From Eledone cirrhosa (taxonomy: Eukaryota), in the NCBI GenBank assembly GCA_964016885.1, contig OZ024753.1:14012001-14076000 (forward strand): 64,000 nucleotides of DNA. Reading direction: 5' to 3'. The position numbers and the translations under genes are program-made. Shown here piece by piece: positions 40,032 to 53,325 of the stretch. The notes beneath the pieces are model-generated. The model did not search any database, was not told where the DNA came from, and worked only from the letters and a program-made list of their open reading frames with translations. The stretch's first letter is position 1; every line of letters begins with the position of its first letter.

Positions 40032-41273
40032 TATATACATGTAGATATGATACATCAAATAAAATCGTAATTGACAATATATATGGAAATTGAACGAAGA
40101 CGTTGTTACACTGTCTTATGTAATCAGTAATGTAATCCATGATACATTAAAAAAAGACGATATTATATATAAACTGCATTAGGAGAAAATTAGTGACAGA
40201 AAATTAGTATGTTTATTTAAGTGATTGCTACCGGAAGTGTTGACATCACACTCTCTCAATTTTAAATTATTTATTTTTACGAAATTATTTTTGTTTACGA
40301 AATTTATTAGATAAATTATGTTATATTCATTCATTATTTATTTAAAGTAATCCAATTTATTTTACTAATGGGATAAAAAAAAAAAACTATACACAGTCCC
40401 GCAGACCTTCCTTTATTTTAGTTTAGATTAGATAATCAGTCTCTCACATGTCCATGTATTTATAATTATCCATCAAATCAACCTCAGACTACAATGCTAC
40501 ATGTTTCAACTTGTTATTCCTGTAATACAAGTACATTTCTAGATTTTTCTTTATTCACTTCCTTACAACAGCCCCCCTCTACCACCACCACATCTTAGTT
40601 GTTAACCCTCCTCTCTCTCTTCTCATAAACACACACACACACACACTCTCACATACACACACTCACATACACACTCACATACACACTCACACACACACAG
40701 ACATACACACTCACACACACACTCACATACACACACTGACATATACACTGACACACACCCACGTTAACCGTCCTCTCTCTCTTCTCATAAATACACACAC
40801 TGACACACACACACACACACACTCAGACACTCACATACACATGCACATATACATTCACACACATATACACTCACACACACATACACTCACACATACACAT
40901 ACTCACACACACACACATACACTCACACACAATACACTCACACACAATACACTCACACATATAATCACACACACACATAAACTCACACACACATACACTC
41001 ACAAACACACATACACACTCACAAACACACATACACACTCACAAACACACATATACACTCACACACTTACACTCACACACTTACACTCACACACTTACAC
41101 TCACACACATACAATCACACACACACACACATAGGCACGTACATACACCTGCACAATATTGGCTTTGGTTTTAAAAATAGGAGTTAATCCATAAAGTAGT
41201 GTGTGTATATATACACGTATATCATCATCATCATCATTTTACATTCGCTTTTCTATATATATACACGTATATA

Positions 41274-41306
<33 letters not shown>

Positions 41307-41321
41307 GAGTGTGTATATGTG

Positions 41322-41377
<56 letters not shown>

Positions 41378-41385
41378 TGTGTATA

Positions 41386-41447
<62 letters not shown>

Positions 41448-41455
41448 TGTGTATA

Positions 41456-41502
<47 letters not shown>

Positions 41503-41525
41503 ATATATATATATGAGTGTGTATA

Positions 41526-41567
<42 letters not shown>

Positions 41568-41587
41568 TGTGTATATGTGTGTATATA

Positions 41588-42802
41588 CGTGGTCAGGTCA
41601 ATAATCTCTAATACTCGGTCGCTTTAAAAAATGAATCATCCAAAGAGTTCAGATATTCATTAACAAAACTTTTGAGTTCCTCTCCAGTTGCAAAGTGATT
41701 ACCACTGAGCTCTTTCTTAAGCAGTCTGAAGAAAAAGAAGTCACTTGGAGCAATGTCCGGACTATAAGGAGGGTGAACGAGTTGATGAAAGCCACATTTT
41801 TCAATGCATTCTTGTGCAAGTTTTGCTGTGTGAATAGGGGCATTGTCGATTAGAAGCCAAAGGGGCACATTAGGCGTCTTCCGCTTTTTCTCCTTACATT
41901 CAGTAACCAGTTTACTAAAATAAGAAGCATTGCAGACCATGCCTTTATCCAGAAAATCAGTGCTAATAATTCCCTTCCTAGTCCAGAAAATTGAAAACAT
42001 GAACTCACGTCCATGGCTGGTTCCGCTTCTCATTTTGATAGGAGGTTTTTCATCATATTTTCTCCACTCAGCTGAGGTTCTGCGACTACACAGCTTTCTG
42101 TACCCTAAATTAGATATCATAGATACAGCAGAGCCTTTGCTCACCTTTAGTAAACTTGCTAAGTCTTGAATTTTTATCCTCCTGTCGTCACAAATGAATT
42201 GTTCACATTGCACTGTGTTTTTGTCTGAAATCTCCGTTGGTCTGCCGTTGGTCTGCCACTTTTTGTATTATCGTCCTCAACACATGTACGACCATTTTTG
42301 AATTGCCGAAGCCAATAATATACTGTTGCCTTTGATGGACAATCATTATTATATACTTTCATTGGCGGTGGATTGGCAGCATCGGTAGAGGGTCAGACGC
42401 CATGCTTTCCAGCATAGTTACGTCCCTTTACGATCTGAGTTCAAATCCCGCCGAGGTTGACTTTGCCTTTCATCCTTACGGGGTCGATAAAATAAAGTAC
42501 CAGTAATGCAGTGGGTTATTGCTGGCCTTGTGCCTAAAGTAGAAACAATTATTATATACTTTCATCAAATCCTTGAGAGTTTCCTCGGGTGTTTTTCCAA
42601 GTAGAAAGTAGAACTTTATTACACTTCTGTATTCAACTGATGTCATATTTTAATTTATGCGCCAACCAATGTAAACAAAATTATGACATATTAAAACAAA
42701 CTTTTCTTTACTAGTATTGAATGTATTTTCAAATAAAATTTGTTTGAATGTTCTAGCTTTTTCTTTTCATACCGAGTATTAGAGATTATTGACCCGACCA
42801 CG
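41588..42802 (-). mobile_element. mariner (DD34D) transposon with both TIRs, internally deleted and SINE-disrupted
   Basis: TA|cgtggtcaggtcaataatctctaatactcggt TIRs; DNAPIH...HPPYSPDIAPSD has 34 residues between the Ds; first-D region missing. Confidence 0.93.
42364..42553 (+). mobile_element. SINE family A inserted in mariner
   Basis: TSD attattatatactttcat at 42345 and 42548. Confidence 0.92.
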
Positions 42803-42857
42803 TATATCATCATCATCATCATCATCATTTTACATCCGCTTTTCTATATATATACAC

Positions 42858-42900
<43 letters not shown>

Positions 42901-42908
42901 TGTGTATA

Positions 42909-42941
<33 letters not shown>

Positions 42942-42952
42942 GAGTGTGTATA

Positions 42953-42987
<35 letters not shown>

Positions 42988-43134
42988 GAGTGTGTATATG
43001 TGTGTGTGTATATATATATATATGAGTGTGTATATATATATATATATGAGTGTGTATATGTGTGTATGTGTGTGTATGTGTGTGTGTGTGTATATATATG
43101 TGTATGTGTGTATATATATATGTATGTGTGTATA

Positions 43135-43178
<44 letters not shown>

Positions 43179-43236
43179 AGTGTGTGTATATATATATGAG
43201 TGTGTGTATATATATATGTGTGTGTGTATATATATA

Positions 43237-43294
<58 letters not shown>

Positions 43295-43499
43295 AGTGTG
43301 TGTATATATGTGTGTATACTGTATTTGACTGCTTATAAGATACGCTACAATTTGGGGAGCATTTAAAAAAGATAAAATAAACGGATTTAAACCATGAAAG
43401 TCAGGTGAAGGGTATAAAGTTTGTACATGATATGTTTATATAAATGGTCGCATTCTTTAAGGGTATGTCAATATTTATTTATAAAACTGCTCTATATTA

Positions 43500-43564
43500 T
43501 ATTTTATCTGATGAAAGCACACGATAATTTAACTTGGTGTCCTTGAAATATGTATAATGAAATA
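43500..43564 (+). ncRNA. Minimal type I hammerhead ribozyme motif
   Basis: tattttat-CTGATGA-aagcacac..gtgtcctt-GAAA-tatgta-TA-atgaaata. Confidence 0.68.
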
Positions 43565-44289
43565 AATATGGTTTTATAAATATAGTTTCCATTTGTTAAT
43601 ATATCGTATTTTTACTCTAATAATTTGTTGAGTGCTTTATATCAGTTATAAAAATATTTGCTTGTTGTATCCCAACAATTTAAATAGAACTTCTACATAT
43701 ATATAGATATATATATATATTTCTGTAACCTGGGCTGATTCTTCTTCGAAGAAACCTTAAGTGATAGTCACCTACTATAGAAACTACTGGGTCACACTGC
43801 CTAATCTCGTTGCAACCATCTTTCCAAAGACACATTGAGTTATAACAACGTTATCAGCCTCAGTGTGTCATTTGCTTTGTTGTTTCTGTTTATTTTCTGC
43901 ATTATATATATATATAGGAACAATCGACTTTCATCAAATCGGACCGAGGAAACAATGTTTCCATTGGTCTTTCCAGTTGCTAATACTATCTATCGGTCGT
44001 AACTCCAGGTAGAAGGAGCAACGTGAAATAAAGTGTCTTGCTCAAGGACATAACGCATCGCCCGGTCCAGGAATCGAACTCACAACCTCACGAATCCAAT
44101 TCTCTAACCACTCAGCCACACGCCTTCATCTATATTTATATATATCAACAGCAAAATTGCATCTACCCAGTCTTGCAGGGCAGGCTCACTGTGCCATACA
44201 GATACAACTAGCCCATGAATGGCCTTAGCAACATTTTCTCCTCCAAGTGGATCCAGAGCTGTCCCTATGTTTATCTCTTTGATAGTTGA

Positions 44290-44585
44290 CCTTATCTCAT
44301 CATCTCTGTTACAGTCTCCCTTTGTGGCAGTCCATTAATAATTTCCTCATCAACTACAGATGGGTTATCAAACAGATCTTTAAAGTGTTCAGTCCACTGT
44401 CTCATGATTCCTGCTGGATCTTTGATGAGAATGTTCCCATCTTTTGACTTCAATGGTTCCACTTTTGAGAACTGTGAGCTAAACACTTGCCTTATTGTGC
44501 TGTATAATGTTTTCAAGTCTCTGTAGTTATAAGTTCCCTGCATCTCTGCTGTAACTTCAGACCACAAGCTATTCTTCATCTTTTA
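44290..44585 (-). pseudogene. LINE (RTE-like) ORF fragment
   Basis: PLKSKDGNILIKDPAGIMRQWTEHFKDLF linker motif typical of the RTE EN-RT spacer. Confidence 0.7.
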
Positions 44586-44876
44586 AAACATTTTAGTTTT
44601 TACTTTCCTTTTTTGAAGGCCTTCTTATAGTTTTACATTGCAGTTTTTATTGATTCTTTGAAGGCCTTCATATAGTTTTACATTGCAGTTTTTACTTTGC
44701 TTTGAAGTCCTTCATATTGTTTTACATTGCAGTTTTTATTGATTCTTTGAAGGCCTTCATATAATTTTACATTGCAGTTTTTACTTTGCTTTGAAGTCCT
44801 TCATATTGTTTTACATTGCAGTTTTTACTGCGTCTTTGGAAGGGCTCCATATAATTGTCATTTTACTTTTTTGCAG

Positions 44877-44926
44877 AAATAAATATAGAAAAAACCAATA
44901 TTAGAGAAAAGTATTTTAAAGACAGA
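44877..44926 (+). CDS. Exon of coiled-coil protein (xINIEKTNIREKYFKDR)
   Basis: Acceptor ttttactttttttgcag, donor gtaagt, 50 nt, phase 1 to 0, joins the next exon in frame. Confidence 0.65.
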
Positions 44927-45021
44927 GTAAGTAAATTGAATTTTATTTATAGAATATATCATGTAAATACAGTTAACGTCCATCTTCTACACTAGCATGG
45001 GTTGGACAGTGTGTATATATA

Positions 45022-45360
45022 TATACTTCAATTTTGTATCTGTTTTGCAAGATTTCTTAGCTGAAGATTTCTGTTGAAACAGATATTGTTATACTTTGGG
45101 AGGGTCATGCTGCCAAAAAAAGCACACGCACTTGTTAGTTTTCACTTCAATGTACTATAAATTTTCAGTTGGTTAGTTTAATAACCAAATGGTTATTTAT
45201 TCAAACAAATAAACAACCATCCAGTTATTAAATTGAAGTGAAAACCAATATGTGCATGTGCTTTTATTGGCAGCATGATCCTCCCAAAGTATAACAATAT
45301 CTATTTCAACACGTTTTCAGATAAGAAATCTTGCAAAACAAATACAAAATTGAAATATAT
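45022..45360. repeat. Fold-back inverted repeat of the 'ccctcccaaagtataacaata' family
   Basis: 45027-45150 pairs with 45232-45354. Confidence 0.85.
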
Positions 45361-45904
45361 ATATATTTGTTAGTTATATATATATATAACTAACAAATAG
45401 TTTTATCGCTCCTCATGGCTGAATACAAAAAATGTAAATCTGAGTTTTTCGAATAATAATAATATTCGATTCATTTGCAATTATGCAAACAGCCTCTTAA
45501 GTCATGTCAGTAGAATGACCTCATCATTCTTGCTCTTTTGTTAGCATACAAACAGAACACCAGACACCAATATACAAAGTACCGTATGTATATACACCAA
45601 TATACAAAGTACTGTATGTACCTGCCAGCTGTCAGAGCTAGTGAAAATATATGATATTTTCTGGAATATAGTATAACAATATCTATTTCAGGAGACATGG
45701 GTACTGTCGTTCCATCTACTCATTACAGATACCCTGGGTACACATACACATCATCATCATCATCATGTTTTCATTTGTCTCCTCTCAAAATTCTATATTT
45801 CCAGCAAGAATTAACTGTACGGCATTCAGAAGTTCAACAAAAATATAAAATGTTATTAGTAAGTATTTAGTTTTTACTTATTTATGTCTTTCTCTGTTTT
45901 TTAA

Positions 45905-46180
45905 CTTTAATTTGTATTTATTTAGGGTGGAGAGAGAAGCAGCACTTCTCTCTCCACCCTCACCTTCCTTTCCAAGTGAAATTTGAAGAAGTTGATGAGG
46001 GATTGGCCGAAGAGAAAAAAAGTGTCTGTCTTCAGTCCTTTCAACCTCGTCCACCATACAACCTCTTTCGCTACTGCCACCAGACAGAGGAAAATTGCCT
46101 GCCCTTCCTGACCAAAAGAAGGTGGCGGGTCGATCTTCACTATGGACTCGGCCGATTGCCGGATCCATTCTACATGTGAC
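45905..46180 (-). pseudogene. L1/Tx1-like ORF2 C-terminal fragment
   Basis: LVAVAKEVVWWTR..LINFFKFHLERKVRVERE resembles the AKxxIWxxR C-terminal motif (inference). Confidence 0.5.
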
Positions 46181-47019
46181 AATTATTATGATAATAATAA
46201 TGGTTTCTGATTTAGGCACAAGGCCAGCAATTTTGGGGGAGGGGAAAGTCGATTAAATCGACCCCAGTGCGTGACTGGTACTTTATTTTATCGATCCCAA
46301 AAAGATGAAAAACAAAGCCAACCATAGCAGTCTTTGAACTCAGAATGTAGAGGGAGGTAACTATATGCCACAAAGCAGGGTGTCCCATGCTCCACCGCCC
46401 TAACATAATGGTTTCTGATTTAGGTACAAGGCCAACATTTTCGGGAGAGGGGAAAGTCGATTAAATCGACTCCAGTGTGTTACTGGTACTTTATTTTAAC
46501 GACCCCATAAGGATGAAAGACAAATCTAACAAGTCAGCAGATCACGTCTCTCTTACACAACGCACTTTACAGATTGTACTGGATACAAGACCACTAAAAA
46601 ACTGTAATGGTGTCCACGTTATTGAAGGGTCCTCACAATTCTACATTGTTACCTGTCATTTGCTGACATACTTTAGAGTCTACTGGGTGTATTTTATCCT
46701 ACCACCAACACTAGAGAGGCTGTTACATCTTCAGAAAGACTAAGGTATACTCTCAGCCTTTTGTTGGATCTACTCCTACCCCAACCACTTTACTGGGTGT
46801 ATTTTATCATGGCACCAGCTCTGGAGAGATTACCTTGAATCATGGAAAACTAAGGAGTCCTTCTACTTAACTTGATTCATTCAGTGTGGCATATCGGGGA
46901 AGGTGGATAGTTGGATGAGGGAGAGTAGTAACTGAAGAAGGACCAGAGTGATGTAGTGGAAGGTATGAGGGGAGAGATATTTATGTTTGTTTTTATAATT
47001 TGCTGTTTTATCATTTCAG

Positions 47020-47170
47020 AGTCAACATCAAGATTTAGAGAATGAATTTAATAGGTTACAACAAAAACATGAAAAATATTCTGAAGATAACAGACAAAAA
47101 GATGTTAACCGAAACCAGGAATTTATGCAATTAAAACAAGAAAAAGAATTAGAAGTTGTTAAACTCAAAG
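47020..47170 (+). CDS. Exon of coiled-coil protein (SQHQDLENEFNRLQQKHEKYSEDNRQKDVNRNQEFMQLKQEKELEVVKLK)
   Basis: Acceptor tgttttatcatttcag, donor aag|gtattc, 151 nt, phase 0 to 1, heptad-like E/K/Q/L content. Confidence 0.85.
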
Positions 47171-47332
47171 GTATTCTCAAAAGATTCTAATTTTCTTTAC
47201 TTTTATTGTTGGTTTGTAGTTAGATGTGGTGTGAAGGTACATAGCTTAGTGGTTAGGGTGTTGGGCTTGCAATTGGGTGGTTGTGAGCTCGATTCTTGGA
47301 CAGATGATGCATTTCTCTGATGAGTATAAACT

Positions 47333-47860
47333 TACCGTATATACTTGAATATAAGACAAGGAATATGTGACCCAATGTATATACTTGAATATAAGCCAAG
47401 GAATATGTGAGCCAATGTATATATACTTGAATATAAGCTGAGGAATATGTGAGCCAATGCATTATACTTGAATATAAGCTGAGGAATATGTGACCCAATG
47501 TATATACTTGAATATAAGCTGAGGAATATGTGACCCAATGTATATACTTGAATATAAGACAAGGAATATGTGACCCAATGTATATACTTGAATATAAGCC
47601 GAGGAATATGTGAACCAATGTATATACTTGAATATAAGCTGAGGAATATGTGAGCCAATGCATATACTGGAATATATGCCATAGAATATGTGACCAAAAT
47701 CATTGATAATAAAATGGGGGGGGGGGGGTCAGATTATATACGCCATCTAAACAATGTGTTGAGTTGCCTAAGTTTTTAATGGGATTTGAATTTTTGCCCA
47801 TTTCTCAGACATAAAATACTGGCATTGCCTTATATTCGAATCAGCTTATATTTGAGTATA
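47333..47860. mobile_element. Tc1/pogo-type MITE with 40-bp TIR-derived tandem repeat (about 9 copies)
   Basis: Starts taccgtatatacttgaatataag; unit tatatacttgaatataagctgaggaatatgtgacccaatg; inverted cttatatttgagtata near 47850. Confidence 0.7.
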
Positions 47861-48095
47861 AAGTTCTTTTAAGTCTTTTGATGATTGTTTTCTCATTTTA
47901 AGGGCCAATTATCTCATTTGATTAACTTTTTTTCCCTTTTCCTTCGATTTTGTAAATCACAACAAACTAAGTGGTTGCTTGGTGTAGCAGGGGTAGGGGT
48001 CTGTGGTATTAGTGGCCCCTTGTTGGGTGTAAATAAAAAAAAATATATATGTATAATAATAATAATAAAAAACCCCATCCGAGCTACCAATTTAA

Positions 48096-48286
48096 CCCTT
48101 TAACATTCACATTATTTTATATAAACTATTGTATTTTCATGGTAAAGGCTTTACTTCACATAATATTGAATCTATGAGATTTTGAAAGTATTTATTTTGA
48201 AAACAATACCTTAACATCAGTTTGAGCGACCAGTTACAGCAAGTTTCAACAGGTAGAGAATTTTGACCGGTTTGAACATTAAAGGG
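48096..48286. mobile_element. piggyBac-type MITE
   Basis: TTAA|CCCTTTAA...TTAAAGGG|TTAA; reverse copy of 17850-18037. Confidence 0.85.
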
Positions 48287-48565
48287 TTAAGAAGGTGTGA
48301 GCTGAAATAGATAAATTTGAATCACATCTGTTGTTGAACTGAATTATCTACTGACTCAAGAAGTGAGGTGGGAAGACCCATAGGTTTAAATACTCAAATA
48401 TCTGTTTACCTGTCAACCTCACTTGTCGTTATAGATTTTCAATAATTTATTGGACAGATTAAGTAAAAACTGTAAAAGTTAAACAGAGCTCTGTTGGTTC
48501 CAACGATGAGTACCGGAGTTGTTTGATCAATGGCGTGACCTACTTGTAATATTAGTCCACAGATA

Positions 48566-48870
48566 TGGAGGCACATGGCTTAGTGGTTAGAGCATTGGCC
48601 TTGCAATCGAAAGGTTGTGAGTTCAATTCTCAGACCGGGTGATGTGTTGTTTCCTTGAGCAAGACACTTTATTTCACATTGCTCCAGTTTACTCAGTCCC
48701 TATCATTCCACTGCAAAGTGGTTGTGGAGGTGCCACGGCAAAAAAGCACCCAGCACTCACTGTAAATGAGGTTGGTGTTAGGAAGGGCATCCAGCTGTAG
48801 AAATCAAGCCAGGATCAGTTCCCGTCCCACCCTTGCAAGCAGGGAAAAGCGGACGTAAAATGATGATGAT
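48566..48870 (+). mobile_element. SINE family B with internal deletion
   Basis: Lacks ~30 bp between actcag and tccctatc. Confidence 0.9.
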
Positions 48871-49120
48871 ATGAGTACCCTCTACTGTAAACCTTAGAAA
48901 GAATTACCTTGGCCCTTTTAATTACTTGTACAGTACATCAAAAAGGCTTCCACATAGTTTCCTCAACCCAATTCCACTGACAATAGTTATCGTAAAAGCA
49001 TAGATTAAGATATTATATATATCATCATCATTTTACGTCCGCTTTTCCCTGCTAGCAGGGTGGGACATATATATATATATATATACATATGTATATATAT
49101 GATGTATATATATATATATA

Positions 49121-49938
49121 TGGAACTAGCATAAATTCTATAAAATGCACACAATGCAGATCCTGGGTACACAACAGATGTAGCGGGATAGCAGGCAAAC
49201 TAACAGGTAGGGAGAAATATGTATGCAGTAGATGTACAGGGAAATTAGAAGTAGAAGTCGCACTGATAGACACATTTTTCAAATGCAAGAGGGCGCTATA
49301 GAAGTGGTGGATAGCTTCCGGTACCTAGGAGATCAGATTAGCATGGGAGGAGGGTGTTCCGAGGCCATAGTATCTAGAATAAGGACGGGTTGGAAGAAGT
49401 TTAGGGAGCTGCTTCCTCTGTTGACGAAGAAGGGTTTATCCCTGCGTACGAAAGGCCGGTTGTATGATGCCTGTGTGAGGAGCGCGATGCTGTATGGTAG
49501 TGAGACATGGGCAGCTACCGCAGAAGATATGCGACGGCTGGAGAGAAATGAGGCAAGCATGCTCCGTTGGATGTGCAGTGTAAATGTGCGTGAACGACCC
49601 AGCATAAATGTGTTGAGAGAGAAACTGTGTCTGAGAGGGATAGAATGTAGTGTACGGGAGAGGAGACTGAGGTGGTATGGACATGTGATGCGCATGGAGG
49701 ATGACCGATGGGTGAAGAAGTGCCAGGAAATGCCAGTTGAAGGAAGACGTGGTAGAGGTAGACCACAAAAAACATGGGCGGAGGTGGTGAGAACAGACCT
49801 CAGATCATTGAAGCTCGCGGTGGAGATGACGAGGGACCATGACGAGTGGAGAGATGCTGTGCTGAATAAGACCCGTCCCACCCTTGCAAGCAGGGAAAAG
49901 CGGACGTAAAATGATGATGATGATGATGATGATGATGA
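49121..49938 (+). mobile_element. RTE family A 3' portion
   Basis: NSIKCTQCRSWVHNRCSG, VDSFRYLG, LYGSETW, RLRWYGHVMRM, ...TRPTLASREKRT* then (GAT)n. Confidence 0.95.
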
Positions 49939-49939
49939 T

Positions 49940-50277
49940 ATCATCATCATCATTTTATGTCCGCTTTTTCCCTGCTTGTAAGGGTGGGACAGGAACTGAT
50001 TCTGGCTTGATTTCTACAGCCTGATGCCCTTCCTAACACCAACCTCATTTACAGTGTGGGCTGGGTGCTTTTTTGCCGTGGCACCTCCACGACCACTTTG
50101 CAGTGGAATGATATGGACCCCAGTCCCTATCATCTCATTTCTACAGCTGAGTAAACTGGAGCAATGTGAAATAAAGTGTCTTGCTCAAGGAAACAATACA
50201 TCATCCGGTCTGAGAATTGAACTCACAACCTTTCGATTGCAAGGCCAATGCTCTAACCACTAAGCCATGTGCCTCCA
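49940..50277 (-). mobile_element. SINE family B, tail-to-tail with the RTE
   Basis: Full-length reverse copy. Confidence 0.9.
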
Positions 50278-50685
50278 TATGTATATATATTCACACATAT
50301 GTATACATCATATATATACATATGTATACATCATATATATATACATATATATCTATCTATATACATATATATATATGTATATATATGTATAAACATTATT
50401 GTCTCTGATCGAGACGAAGTAAGAGTATATTTGAATTAATATAAAAATGAGAAAACTCATTGCTAGAACAGTCATTAAAACAGACAAATGCTGTCAATGA
50501 CAGCGATGAGTAAAAATGACTGAGAGGACTGAGACCATCGGACAGTGGTCGGCAAAGAGACAATCCATGAGCTGGGTGACAGGCAGATGAAAAATAGAAA
50601 ATATTGAAAGAGGTGGAGGACAAGGTGAAGTGTGTTGGTGTACAGAAGTGACTGGAAGAAGGAAATAAAGAAAGATGATGTACAC

Positions 50686-51062
50686 CAGTGCTTCTCAAAC
50701 TATCTGATGTGGTGGACAGACATTTGTTTTTTCAATGTGCCACCTTCCGCAAATATTTCGTAGTAATATTAATTTATACCGGAAACGATATATATAATGA
50801 ATATAATTGTTTCTACTTTAGGCACAAGGCCAGCAATTACCCAGTACATTACTGGTACTATAATGAATATAATAATAGTTGACCATTTTTTTATCTTCTA
50901 TTTATTTTGTAAACAAATAATACAATATCAAAACATATAAAAAAGTAATAAAAAAAATTCCTCAAATGATTCCTTAGCATGACCTGGACACTGACCGCGT
51001 ACCGGTAGCTGATGGCTCGTGTACCGGCCCCGGTCCACGGACCACCACTTTGAGTAGCACTG
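50686..51062. mobile_element. hAT (Charlie-like) MITE with nested truncated SINE A
   Basis: TIRs cagtgcttctcaaa / tttgagtagcactg; 8-bp TSD atgtacac/atgtacaa; nested SINE end with TSD tataatgaatataat. Confidence 0.85.
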
Positions 51063-51264
51063 ATGTACAATACAATTTTACACACACATCGTCACATTCA
51101 TCTTCTGGCCACTTCTGTCTAAAATCATCGTTCAGGACACAGTTGAGGGAGGGAGAGGAAGATAGAAAATTACATCATCATGACCCTTTTATACAATGAA
51201 GATAGTCCATTATCTGGCCACCCTATCCATTATCCACCTCTCCTGTGGAATACAGCCAAACATA

Positions 51265-52147
51265 TAGGGTGAGGACGATATCTGTTCGCAAGATTACTGT
51301 CTAGGAAAAAATAACAAAGTAGTTTTATTTTTTAAGATATATTTATCAAACTTGGGTCAGTTTGTCTTCATGACTTGTTCTTTCGATCTCACTCGATAAA
51401 CCCGCCATTGGCTTTGATGACGGCCTCAAGGCGGCCTCGGACCCGGCTACAGGCCTTCGTCATTGTCCCCCGACTTAGGCCCCTGGGAGGCACTTGTGAT
51501 CCTGGCCTTCAGATCGTCTTTCGTATTGCAGCTAGATCTGTTGGTATCTCGTTCCACTGCGCCCTACACAAAGAAGTCGAGGGGGTTGCAATCAGGCAAG
51601 CTGGGAGGCCAGATGTCAGGTGAAGTGTGGTCGAAGAAGTTCTCTGACAGCCAGGCTTGGTTCTTTCAGCTGGTATGGCAGGGCGCTGAGTCTTGCTGCC
51701 ACACATACGGCCTACCTGCAGCTACCTGGTTGATCCAGGGCTTTACTACCTCGCTCAGAACGCGGATGTAGCCATCGGTGTTCAGCTTGAGGCCCTCAGG
51801 GAAGAAGTGAGGTGGCATGACGTCACCTTGGCAGCTGACGACACCTAAGACCAATGTTGTCACTGGGAACTTTATCTGCATGACTCTGGGCACGTCTTTG
51901 GATGAGACACCATTCTCCTTCTGACGCTGAGAAAGTCTGAAATTTTCTTATTTCCTTATTCCAAGAAGAACTCCGTGTCTCTTCCACAAATTTGGAGGTT
52001 CAAAATTATTCATAATCAATTATTCTGAAAATAAATAATGGAAATATAGTCACTGTTTTTATGAAGACAAGAGTCACAACGGAAGTAAAAAAAATTTGCA
52101 TAAAATTAGCAGTTGAAAATTGCGAACAAATCTCGTCCGCACCCTGT
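51265..52147 (-). mobile_element. maT (DD37D) transposon, internally deleted, both TIRs
   Basis: QQDSAPCH...WPPSLPDCNPLD gives 37 residues between the Ds; TIR cagggtgcggacga. Confidence 0.9.
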
Positions 52148-52190
52148 ATATGGTGGAGTACTGAACTCCCATCTTTTTTTCTCTTTCCAG

Positions 52191-52273
52191 ATCAAAATGC
52201 CAATCTTTTACGAGAGAATGAGCAACTGAAGCTGGAGTTAGTTGAAGTGAAGAAACAGTTTGAACAACAACAG
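52191..52273 (+). CDS. Exon of coiled-coil protein (DQNANLLRENEQLKLELVEVKKQFEQQQ)
   Basis: Acceptor tctttttttctctttccag, donor cag|gttagt, 83 nt, phase 1 to 0, matching the previous exon. Confidence 0.85.
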
Positions 52274-52276
52274 GTT

Positions 52277-52620
52277 AGTACTGCTACTGCTGCTACTACT
52301 ACTACTATGGGGGGGGGGGGCATGCAGTAGTACTGCTGCTACTACTATGGGGTGGGCCATGCAGTAGTACTGCTACTACTACTACTACTACTACTATTTG
52401 GGGGGGGGGTGCAGTAGTACTGCTACTGCTACTATGGGGTAGGGACCATGCAGTAGTACTACTACTGCTACTACTACTATGGGGTGGGGACCATGCAGTA
52501 GTACTGCTACTGCTACTACTACTACTACTACTATGGGGGGAGGCATGCAGTAGTACTGCTACTGCTACTACTACTATGGGGTGGGGACCATGCAGTAGTA
52601 CTACTACCGCTGCTATTACT
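52277..52620. repeat. Compound (CTA/CTG)n-G-run minisatellite
   Basis: Repeated ctactatggggtggggaccatgcagtagtactg. Confidence 0.85.
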
Positions 52621-53045
52621 GCCAGCTACATGAACTGCCAGCTACATGAACTGCCAGCTACCTGTCATACTAAAGTTGTTCATCTATTTCCAAGCTCATC
52701 ATCATCATCATCATCCATTATTACATCCCCTTTTGATGCTGGCATGGGTTGGACAGGACTTTTTCAAGGCAGTATTCTATGGCCAGATGATGTTCTATGT
52801 TACATCAGCCCTTTTAGTTGCTTCTTACAAAATGCAGAGATCCAGTGTACCTATTCTAAAAAAAAAAGATGTTATAATGGTGTGACACACCTGTTTTATA
52901 TATCTGTACGAAACAAGGCATTTACCAAGCATAATTCTGGACTACCAACGAAAGACTACAACGAGACTCCGTACACACAGTTCCCCTAACAATTCACATC
53001 ACTTATTATTTATAGACATTTCGCCTAGTCCACTTTTAGAGATGT

Positions 53046-53325
53046 GGAGGCACGTGGTCTGGTGGTAAGGGTGTTGGACTTACAGTCATAATGTTGTAGG
53101 TTCGATTCCTGAGTTGCATGTTGTGTTCTTGAGCAAAATACTTTCTTTCATGCTGCTCCAGTATACTCAGCTGAAAATGAGTACCAGCAATAGCTGGGGG
53201 TTTAACCCTGCGATGGACTGGTGTCCTGTCCAGGGGGGAGTCTTGTACTCTCAGTTGCTTCTCGCCATGAAACCGGGATAAGCACCGGCTAAATAAGCCT
53301 TCTGGCTTAAGACAGACTTTAAACT
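53046..53325 (+). mobile_element. SINE family C
   Basis: A box tggtctggtgg, B box gttcgattc, CORE-like block, tail gacagactttaaacttt. Confidence 0.82.

Noticed and set aside
41608-42213. Active or domesticated mariner transposase (SETMAR-like)
   Set aside because: First catalytic Asp region deleted, frameshifted, SINE inserted, no SET domain
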